64,000 nt of DNA from assembly GCA_023898625.1 (NCBI GenBank), contig CP060231.1, positions 481,890 to 545,889 of the forward strand, written 5' to 3'. Below are positions 26,370-34,104 of this stretch, in pieces (the first letter of the stretch is position 1; each line of letters opens with the position of its first letter). The DNA is from Candidatus Nomurabacteria bacterium. Lineage in GTDB: Bacteria > Patescibacteriota > Saccharimonadia > Saccharimonadales > JAGQNJ01. Below the pieces are notes generated by a model. That model made no database searches and was not told where the DNA came from. It saw only the letters and a list, made by a program, of their open reading frames with translations. Position numbers and translations under genes: made by a program.

Positions 26370-26444
26370 TGGTGCGGGTGGAGGGAGTCTAACCCTCGTC
26401 GCCTGCTTGGAAGGCAGGAATAATAAACGTTATACCACACCCGC
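26370..26444 (-). tRNA. tRNA-Gly (anticodon UCC), CCA encoded, atypical D/T loops
   Basis: Hand-folded 75-nt cloverleaf. The acceptor is GCGGGTG/CACCCGC, the anticodon stem-loop is CCTGC-CTTCCAA-GCAGG, the variable loop is 4 nt, and the T arm is GAGGG-TTAGACT-CCCTC. The D loop AACGTTTA lacks the usual GG. Confidence 0.75.
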
Positions 26445-26564
26445 ATCGGATGATATAATAACATACCCCTGTAAAAGATACTATCTTTTTGTTTGTGTGT
26501 TTTGTTTTGTAGTTAATAATGTTACACAATAGAGTTACATAATTGCGTATACTAGCATGTACTG

Positions 26565-26903
26565 ATGAGTGTAGAAAAATCCATATCAAAAGAGGAATCT
26601 AATTGGTGGGACCCGAGAGAGCGAGGTACTATTGCCAACTTTACTGCCAAGGTGGCAATTGTAGGATTAATGTTAAACTTCGTAACTCATAGAGCGATTG
26701 ATTACAGCAGTGATAAAGTTGGGGGAGTTGTTGACTCGCAGGCCGACTTAATAAGGAAGGATATTCAAGAACCTATGAATGCAGTTCAAGAAAAGGTTCA
26801 GGGTGCAGTGGAGTCTGTGGAGAATATCGAGGATGGCGTCGAGCAAATGAAGAAATTTTTACATGAAGAATTCGGAATAGATTTCAAAAAACACAAAGAT
26901 TGA
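26565..26903 (+). CDS. hypothetical protein (one TM, acidic C-terminal helix)
   Basis: 112-aa ORF with 'FTAKVAIVGLMLNFV' as a hydrophobic segment. No recognisable family. Confidence 0.35.
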   Translation: MSVEKSISKEESNWWDPRERGTIANFTAKVAIVGLMLNFVTHRAIDYSSDKVGGVVDSQADLIRKDIQEPMNAVQEKVQGAVESVENIEDGVEQMKKFLHEEFGIDFKKHKD

Positions 26904-26931
26904 AAAGTTCTATAGATTAATAAAAGTGTAA

Positions 26932-27485
26932 AGTCAGGTATAGATTGAGAATATGGTTTTGGGGAAGGGTTGCCTGAGAGCAGGGAGTGTGGATTCGTGA
27001 AGGCCTCGAAAATTCGTTGGCAAACATAAATCTCAAACACTCCCTGCTCACGGCTTCCTGGTTCCCGCCAGATCATGGTCTCCTGCGAGACTACCCGCAG
27101 TCGACGATACTGCCGTCAGGCAGTCGCTCGACGCATGAGCCAGTGCCAGGCCCGTTGGGGGCGAGGCTGGGCTCGATGGCCGACGGCGGCGTCGTGGTAG
27201 TCGTCACCACAGTCGTGGTTGTCGACGTGTACTCGCTTCTCGGAACGAATTCCGTCTGCGAGGCCTGGGCAATCGCCCAGAAGACGATCACTCCCGCAAA
27301 CGCGAGAGCAAGAATGCCAACTATTACTGACTTGATCTGCTTCTTCATCAGAAGCTCCCTTCTGGGGGGTCGACTACTGCCGAATGAGCAGGATTTCTGC
27401 TCGGATGAACCTATGCGAGGCTCATAGTGGCGTCAATTAATTATTAACTACACTATGAGCCTCACAACATAATCTATACCTGACT
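26932..27485. mobile_element. candidate small non-autonomous insert: GC-rich core bounded by perfect 15-bp terminal inverted repeats
   Basis: AGTCAGGTATAGATT (26932-26946) is the exact reverse complement of AATCTATACCTGACT (27471-27485). The interior is far more GC-rich than the flanks. There are internal perfect 13-bp hairpins at 26978-26990/27037-27049 and 27417-27429/27451-27463. No transposase is present. Confidence 0.45.
27091..27348 (-). CDS. small secreted Thr-rich, two-Cys peptide precursor (85 aa) encoded in the GC-rich insert
   Basis: AAGGGAG lies 7 nt upstream of the ATG. The signal peptide is 'MKKQIKSVIVGILALAFAGVIVFWAIAQA|SQ'. It is followed by 'TSTTTTVVTTTTTPP' and the C-terminal 'GSCVERLPDGSIVDCG'. 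Codon usage is GC-rich, unlike the neighbours. Confidence 0.55.
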   Translation of the reverse strand: MKKQIKSVIVGILALAFAGVIVFWAIAQASQTEFVPRSEYTSTTTTVVTTTTTPPSAIEPSLAPNGPGTGSCVERLPDGSIVDCG

Positions 27486-27645
27486 GTTAAGGCAGAAATT
27501 AGGCATTTCGCTACATGCGTAATTCAACTAAAACTTCTGCCACAGGCTAAAAAGCCAACACACATAATAGCATAAACATAAACAATTGTCAATGCGAACC
27601 AGTATAAATACTTTGCAATTACAGGGGTGGATAAGCTTTTTGTGA

Positions 27646-27674
27646 TTGCAAAAACAGATAGTATTGTGTATAAT
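27646..27674 (+). promoter_or_regulatory. sigma70-type promoter for tRNA-His
   Basis: TTGCAA (27646-27651), a 17-nt spacer, then TATAAT (27669-27674). The tRNA begins 14 nt downstream. Confidence 0.5.
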
Positions 27675-27687
27675 CACCCCTGTTTTT

Positions 27688-27763
27688 GGCGAATGTAGTT
27701 CAACGGTTAGAACGTCGGGTTGTGGTTCCGAAGACGAGGGTTCGATTCCCTTCATTCGCCCCA
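27688..27763 (+). tRNA. tRNA-His (anticodon GUG) with encoded G-1 and CCA
   Basis: Hand-folded. G-1 precedes the acceptor GCGAATG/CATTCGC with C73. The anticodon stem-loop is TCGGG-TTGTGGT-TCCGA and the T arm is GAGGG-TTCGATT-CCCTT. Confidence 0.9.
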
Positions 27764-27777
27764 AGAGCATTATTAAG

Positions 27778-27809
27778 CACCCATGTAGCTAGGGTGTTAT
27801 TTTTGTTTT
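27778..27809 (+). terminator. intrinsic terminator after tRNA-His
   Basis: Stem CACCC/GGGTG with a 9-nt loop, followed by TTATTTTTGTTTT. Confidence 0.5.
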
Positions 27810-27901
27810 AACAGATTAGAAAACAATATTTTTGATGATAATTTTGACAACGGGGCGTATAATAGATAGTGGTGAATTTTAAGTAAGCAAGAAGATAAAC
27901 A

Positions 27902-28645
27902 ATGCAAACTTTAGAACGACACTTAAACGAATTACCTATTGTTGATTACGTTGGTCTGCAAAATTATGATGATTTGTTGCATGATGCTCATATTTTAGCC
28001 AAAGAAAACCATGTAGATGAGATGTTGCAAAGCTCAACGTTTGAACTCTTAGAAGAAATGAGGGTTTACGATGAAGATATTGCTATTGGTGGGCTCCGTA
28101 CTTTGCCGGTAGCCTTAAGTACTGCTAGTGAGATAGGGTTGTTTTATGATATTGACATAGATCGGGGATCAATTTTTGCAAGCTCTTTATTGCATGATGT
28201 CGGAAAGATGGCTTTACCAAAAGAATTGTTAGTAAAAAGCACTATTGGGCAAGAATGGACAACTGCAGATACTCTTACGATGCGTCAACATATATATACT
28301 GGCGGAATGATATTACGTAACAGATGTTTGCCGGTTACGGTAATACGTTCGGTTGAAGAACATCACCATAAGCAAACTGGCGGTAACGAATATGGTATTG
28401 ATGCACACTTAAATAACGAAGAACGAATTTGTCGTGATGCTGTGGCTATCGCTGATTTTGCAGAAGCGGATATTAATCGAACCAATACTAGAAATCAGGA
28501 CTTATCGCGCGCTCAAAGAGAGCAAGAAATCTGTAAAGATATCCGCTATGTTTTAGGTGATTATTCTTATTGTGATGAGCTTTCTCGGGTTGTGGCAGGC
28601 CAAATTCTTGGATATACCAGTACTTCTTTGTTGCTAGCAGGTTAA
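27902..28645 (+). CDS. stand-alone HD-domain phosphohydrolase, HD-GYP-like with degenerate GYP
   Basis: 'SLLHDVGKMALPKELL' and 'EEHHHKQTGGNEYG' (compare HHExxDGxGYP). No receiver or sensor domain. Confidence 0.6.
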   Translation: MQTLERHLNELPIVDYVGLQNYDDLLHDAHILAKENHVDEMLQSSTFELLEEMRVYDEDIAIGGLRTLPVALSTASEIGLFYDIDIDRGSIFASSLLHDVGKMALPKELLVKSTIGQEWTTADTLTMRQHIYTGGMILRNRCLPVTVIRSVEEHHHKQTGGNEYGIDAHLNNEERICRDAVAIADFAEADINRTNTRNQDLSRAQREQEICKDIRYVLGDYSYCDELSRVVAGQILGYTSTSLLLAG

Positions 28646-28774
28646 TTTCGCATAGTATATAACACAACAAGCACTTGCACTCTCCCCTTATATCATCTAT
28701 CATAAGCACTATAAGAAATAATTTCTTATATAACATTAAATTAATAAAAGAGGGGTGTAATAAATAAACTAACC

Positions 28775-31172
28775 ATGAAAGACCTACTAACTAAGCTATC
28801 TATAACAAACAAAGTAAAAATTATAAACTATCTAGTACTATCCCTACTATTCACTATAACTACCCTTATACCATTAACTACCAGCACAGCCAATGCTACA
28901 CCACTACCTACTGATGTGCCTGAGCATGTGTTAAATATTGGTACTTCCGATGGAATATTAAACTCCCCCCAAGACATCACCACTGACTCCTCCGGCAATG
29001 TCTATGTAGTTGATATAGACACCAATCGCATCCAAAAGTTCGACTCCAATGGCACATTTCTTGCCAAGTGGGGCAGTAACGGTTCTGCTGATGGTCAGTT
29101 TAATGATCCTCGCAGCATCACCACCGACTCCTCCGGCAATGTCTATGTCGTAGATACCTACAACTACCGTATCCAGAAGTTCACCTCCACCGGCACCTTC
29201 CTAGCTAAGTGGGGAACATCTGGCTCGGCAGATGGTGAGTTTAGCTATCCTTCCGGCATTACCACCGACGCCTCTGGCAATGTCTATGTGACTGATATGG
29301 GCAACAACCGCATCCAAAAGTTCGACTCTACTGGCACCTTCCTAGCTAAGTGGGGAACATATGGCTCAGCAGATGGTGAGTTCCAATCTCCTTACGGCAT
29401 CACCACCGACTCCTCTGGTAATGTCTATGTGGCCGACTCTGGCAATGACCGCATCCAAAAGTTCAACCTTCCGGTACTTTCTAACCAAATGGGGCAGTAA
29501 TGGCTCGGCCGATGGTCAGTTCAGTAATCCTGACGGCATCACCACCGACTCCTCTGGCAATGTCTATGTAGCTGATTCGAGCAACAACCGCATCCAAAAG
29601 TTCAACTCTTCTGGCACCTTCCTAGCCAAGTGGGGCAGTAATGGCTCGGCCGATGGTCAGTTTAGCTCGCTTCGTGGCATCACCACCGACTCCTCTGGTA
29701 ATGTCTATGTGGCCGACTCTGGCAATGACCGCATCCAAAAGTTTGACTCCTCTGGAGATTTCCTACTTAAATTTGGTATGCCGAGTAGTGAAAACGGTAA
29801 ATTCTACTTCCCATATAGCATCACCACCGACTCCTCCGGCAATGTCTTCGTAGCAGATATTGGCAACAGCCGCATCCAAAAGTTCACCTCCACCGGCACC
29901 TTCCTAGCCAAATGGGGCAGTAATGGTTCAGCTGATGGTCAGTTCAATATACCTACTGACATCACCACCGACTCTTCCGGCAATGTCTATGTAGCAGATA
30001 CTTACAACAACCGCATCCAAAAGTTCGATTCTAACGGTACTTTCCTAACCAAATGGGGCACCTCTGGCTCAGCTGATGGTCAGTTTAGCTCTCCTTCTGG
30101 CATCACCACCGACTCCTCCGGCAATGTCTATGTGACTGATATGGATAACAGCCGCATCCAAAAGTTCAACTCCACCGGCACCTTCCTAGCCAAGTGGGGC
30201 AGTAATGGCTCAGGCGATGGAGAATTTAATGGTCCTTTCGGCATCACCACCGACTCCTCCGGCAATGTCTATGTGACTGATATTGGCAACAGCCGCATCC
30301 AAAAGTTCAACTCCTCCGGCACCTTCCTAGCCAAGTGGGGCAATAATGGCTCAGCCGATGGTGAGTTTAATACACCCCTAGGAATCACCACCGACTCTTC
30401 CGGCAATGTCTACGTGGCCGATACAGGCAACAACCGCATCCAAAAGTTCGATTCTTCTGGCACCTTCCTAGCCAAGTGGGGCAATAATGGCTCAGCCGAT
30501 GGTGAGTTTTACTATCCTTATGGCGTAGCATCTGACACTACAGACAGTATCTATGTAGCTGATTCTGGCAACAACCGCATCCAAAAGTTCGCCTACCCTA
30601 GCGAAGAACCTGAAACCCCAGAAGAACCTTCCTCCGACTCTGATGGTATCCCCGACACCATCGAAAACTCTTCCCCCAATAGTGGTGATGCTAACAATGA
30701 CGGTACACCAGATAGCACTCAAGCTAATGTAGCTAGCTATGTTAACCCAGTAACAAATAGCTATGTAGTACTCCAAACATCTAGTGAATGTAGTATCACT
30801 GCCACTACTACAACTAGTGAAGATAACCTAACTATAAAAGACTCTGGCTATAACTATCCAGTAGGACTAACTAACTTCACTACTGACTGTAACACCCCAG
30901 GCTTTACTGCTACCATAAATCTCTACTACTACAACCTAGATAGTACTAACTACACTCTAAGAAAACATAACCCTAACAATAACTCTTTCCTTACTATAGC
31001 TAACCCTACACTAACTAACCTAACTATAGACAATAAACCAGTAACCAAAGTAACCTACCAAGTTACTGACGGACAACAACTAGACATAGACAACACCACT
31101 AACGGAACCATAGTAGACCCAGTAGGCCTAGCTACACTAGCTGTAGGAAGTCCTAATACGGGGTTGAGATAG
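28775..31172 (+). pseudogene. 12-blade NHL-repeat surface protein, reading frame broken near 29465-29485
   Basis: ORFs 28775..29500 and 29361..31172 are one gene split by a net frameshift. Local sequence is GTTCAACCTTCCGGTACTTTCTAACC, whereas intact repeats read GTTCAACTCTTCTGGCACCTTCCTAGCC. There are 12 copies of '(G/S/D)ITTDSSGNVYV(A/V/T)D..N.RIQKF...G.F..KWG..GS.DG.F'. The C-terminus has a Pro/Glu linker, a beta-rich domain, and ends '...LAVGSPNTGLR*'. Confidence 0.65.
28960..30595 (+). repeat. tandem ~141-bp coding repeats (NHL blades)
   Basis: CATCACCACCGACTCCTC(C/T)GGCAATGTCTATGT recurs at about 141-bp spacing eleven times, plus one diverged copy. Confidence 0.85.
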
Positions 31173-31387
31173 AGCAAGATAAAACCATAAAAAGCTATTC
31201 TCTGAGGACTGTCCTCATAAAGAGGGAAAATATGGTGTAGTATAGTTTTGGGTGGATTCCTGAGAGATTGGGGGTGCGTATTATTTGCGAACAACGTAGG
31301 AATACTATAAGCAACACTATTGACAAAAGTGCAACAAATATGTAATATGACTACAATTAAGTAATGTGGTGGGACTAAGGTTGAGTG

Positions 31388-33133
31388 ATGTTTAAATCTT
31401 TTGTCCAAAAAATTCAGTTTCTTGTATTATTAACTTTATGTAGTTTTGTTTTTGGGTCTATCAGGAGTCCTCATGTACATGCTAGTGTACAGAATCCAAC
31501 TCCCCAAGCACAGGTATCGTTTACTTTTGATGATGGTGCTTCGAGCGTGTATAACAAGGCCGTTCCAACTTTAGCGCAATATGGGTTTACTGGTACAAGT
31601 TATGTTATTACCGGTTGTGTAGGTATGGTGACGGTTCCTAATAATTGTGAAGCAGATAACGATGTGCCGTATATGACATGGAGCCAGGTTGTTTCACTGC
31701 AAAATACTTATGGCTGGGAGGTTGGATCGCACGGGGTTAGTCATCAATTGATGTCTGAGATTTCAGCAAAAAAGATTGATAAAGAATTGTTAGATAGTAA
31801 AAACCAGTTAGTTGCACATGGGCTTAACGTTTCTTCTTTTGCCACACCTTACGGTGATTATAATCAAAAAGTTTTAGCAAATATTGCTAAATATTACTCT
31901 AGCCATCGCCCTTTCCATGATACCGGGTATAATCATTGGCCATATAATGATTATTTACTTCGCGTTCAGCAAGTTCAGGCTGGAGTGAGTGTCGATACTG
32001 TTAAGAGTTATATTGATCAAGCATCGAACGATGGAACGTGGTTAATTTTGGTATTCCATGATATCAGAGATGTGCCAAGCACCAACCCGGAGGATTACCA
32101 ATATAGCACTGCAGATTTATCTGCGATTGCCTCTTACATTAAAAGCAAAAATATTAAAGTGACGAATATTGATAAAGGGATTGTTAAGTCAGACGCAAGC
32201 GATAATTTGGTGGCATCACCTGATACGGGTAAAACTATTGGTGGTGGCTGGACAACCGATACGCCTAAGGCAGTAAAGATTGACGCAACATCTAAGGGTA
32301 GTAATCCTGATCCAGTAAAATCAATAAAGGTTACTGCAAATGCCAAGAAGAGTATACATGTCTTTACTCCATTAGTAACTATTCAGCCAAATGATCAATA
32401 TGTGGTTAAAGGCTATATTAATTTGGATAAGAATTCAAAAGGTGTCGGATTGTATATCGATGAATACGATGCCAGTGGCAATTGGATTAGTGGGCAGTAT
32501 AAGCAAACAATTAATACTTGGTATGACAAAGATATTTCATTTATGTACGTTGCTAGCTCGAGCTCAGTAGCTTGTGCTCGCTTACAGATTATTGTTACAG
32601 CAAATTCTGGTGTTAAAGTTTACATTGATAACGTTAGATGGTTTGTCGCTGTTAGTGGCCCTGCCCCAGATCCGGAATTAGTGAATTTGCTTACCAATGG
32701 TGATTTTGAGCAAGGCTTGACTGGTTGGAGTATTGATGATCCTGCCATATCTTTAGATACTGCAAATAACGGAACATCGCCAACGCCCGTGAATTCCATA
32801 AAACTAACTAACATTGAAGACCGAAGCGTACAACTATTTTCGTCAAAGGTTAACGTAATAAATTCTAAAACCTACAATATCAATGCAGATATGAATGTAC
32901 TGTCTTTGAATGCGAACGGTGAAATAGGTTTTTATATCGATGAATACGATACCAGTGGCAATTGGATTAGCGGACAGTACCTATATACAGTAAGACAAAA
33001 TGGGTTAAATAAAGTTGATTTTTCATATACTCCAACCTCTATAAATGTTGCTTCATCTAGCTTGCAGGTTATCGTGTCTAAAGGTATTGGCACCGTAGCA
33101 TATCTAGATAACGTGAAATTCACCACTGCATGA
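31388..33133 (+). CDS. secreted polysaccharide deacetylase (NodB/CE4 domain) with two duplicated C-terminal carbohydrate-binding-like domains
   Basis: Signal peptide, then the NodB motifs 'SFTFDDGASS' and 'GSHGVSH'. An internal duplication is marked by near-identical 'G(L/F)YIDEYD(A/T)SGNWISGQY' (DNA around 32452-32500 and 32932-32980). Confidence 0.75.
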   Translation: MFKSFVQKIQFLVLLTLCSFVFGSIRSPHVHASVQNPTPQAQVSFTFDDGASSVYNKAVPTLAQYGFTGTSYVITGCVGMVTVPNNCEADNDVPYMTWSQVVSLQNTYGWEVGSHGVSHQLMSEISAKKIDKELLDSKNQLVAHGLNVSSFATPYGDYNQKVLANIAKYYSSHRPFHDTGYNHWPYNDYLLRVQQVQAGVSVDTVKSYIDQASNDGTWLILVFHDIRDVPSTNPEDYQYSTADLSAIASYIKSKNIKVTNIDKGIVKSDASDNLVASPDTGKTIGGGWTTDTPKAVKIDATSKGSNPDPVKSIKVTANAKKSIHVFTPLVTIQPNDQYVVKGYINLDKNSKGVGLYIDEYDASGNWISGQYKQTINTWYDKDISFMYVASSSSVACARLQIIVTANSGVKVYIDNVRWFVAVSGPAPDPELVNLLTNGDFEQGLTGWSIDDPAISLDTANNGTSPTPVNSIKLTNIEDRSVQLFSSKVNVINSKTYNINADMNVLSLNANGEIGFYIDEYDTSGNWISGQYLYTVRQNGLNKVDFSYTPTSINVASSSLQVIVSKGIGTVAYLDNVKFTTA

Positions 33134-33201
33134 GCAGTACAATCACACAATAACATTTACAAACCTGCACTAAAGTAGTAAAATACATTGTGTACAAGCG
33201 T

Positions 33202-33226
33202 GAGGGTCGTTTGGCCCTCTTTTTTG
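33202..33226 (+). terminator. intrinsic terminator after the deacetylase gene
   Basis: GAGGGTC-GTTT-GGCCCTC followed by TTTTTTG. Confidence 0.65.
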
Positions 33227-33273
33227 TTGGCTAAATTACCATCACGTGTCTTAACAAGCAAAGGAGAGACATT

Positions 33274-33441
33274 ATGTACGAAGGTGGTAAAGGCGCTGGT
33301 GCCGTTGTAGCTGGTAGTGTTGTTCTACCAAATACCGGTGGAAGCCAAATACTAACTGCAATTGCAGTAACCAGTATTGCTGTGGGCGTAGTGATTGTTA
33401 TTTCAACAATTGTACGTTTTGCAGTAAATAAGGCTCGATAG
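33274..33441 (+). CDS. 55-aa micro-protein consisting of a bare LPNTG sorting signal
   Basis: Not in the ORF track. AAGGAG (33261-33266) lies 7 nt before the ATG. Translation: MYEGGKGAGAVVAGSVVLPNTGGSQILTAIAVTSIAVGVVIVISTIVRFAVNKAR. An in-frame stop lies 13 codons upstream. A sortase gene starts 45 nt downstream. Confidence 0.55.
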   Translation: MYEGGKGAGAVVAGSVVLPNTGGSQILTAIAVTSIAVGVVIVISTIVRFAVNKAR

Positions 33442-33455
33442 GGCCAGAACGAGGG

Positions 33456-33486
33456 GGGTAGCGTTAATGCGCTACCCTTTAGTTTT
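33456..33486 (+). promoter_or_regulatory. hairpin plus T-rich tract between micro-ORF and sortase (partial terminator or attenuator)
   Basis: GGGTAGCG-TTAATG-CGCTACCC followed by TTTAGTTTT, ending at the sortase ATG. Confidence 0.4.
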
Positions 33487-34104
33487 ATGAAGAATAAGTT
33501 ACGTATTTTAATTGCGATATTTGGACTGTTCTTACTTCTTGTTGGGTCGTGGATACTAATGAAGGGTAGCTACGTGGATGAGGAATATAAGTATATACCT
33601 ACCCAGGCTGAAGCACTCAGACAGGATAGTGGAAGTTCGGTAAATAAGACGCAAGCCACACCCAGTAATTCGCCCAATTCCAATTTGTCTGGCTATCCAG
33701 TCCGTATTGTGTTGCCGGATGTGAATATTGATATTGGGGTCGCAAAAGGCTATTACAATAGCTCTACAAAGAAATGGACTATTAGTCGGGACAAAGCTTA
33801 TTATGCTGTGATGACTAAACGACCAAATACTGAAGGTGGAAACACCTTTATTTATGGACATAATAGATCAAATGTTTTTTCAAGGTTGCTGAAGATAAAA
33901 TCTGGAAGCATAGCTACCATAACAACAGACAATAACAAGAAGTTTGTTTATCAACTAGAACGTTCTTATACCACAAATCCAAACGACAGCGGAATTCTTA
34001 ATTACGAAGGCGACCCCATACTAACCCTACAAACCTGCTCTGGAGCAAATTTTCAACATCGAACATTATATATTTTTAAACTTATTAAGGTAAAAAATGC
34101 TTAA
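33487..34104 (+). CDS. sortase (compact, single N-terminal TM)
   Basis: TM helix 'ILIAIFGLFLLLVGSWIL'. The catalytic motifs are His 'FIYGHNRSN', Cys 'PILTLQTCSG' and Arg 'QHRTLYIF'. Confidence 0.8.
   Translation: MKNKLRILIAIFGLFLLLVGSWILMKGSYVDEEYKYIPTQAEALRQDSGSSVNKTQATPSNSPNSNLSGYPVRIVLPDVNIDIGVAKGYYNSSTKKWTISRDKAYYAVMTKRPNTEGGNTFIYGHNRSNVFSRLLKIKSGSIATITTDNNKKFVYQLERSYTTNPNDSGILNYEGDPILTLQTCSGANFQHRTLYIFKLIKVKNA

Noticed and set aside
26987-27427. 146-aa plus-strand ORF inside the GC-rich insert
   Set aside because: It is the mirror frame of the 85-aa minus-strand ORF. High GC keeps frames open. The minus-strand ORF has an RBS and a clean signal peptide, whereas this one has neither.
29465-29485. 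Programmed ribosomal frameshift in the NHL gene
   Set aside because: There is no slippery heptamer or downstream structure. The lesion is best explained by base deletions relative to sister repeats, meaning either decay or an assembly error.
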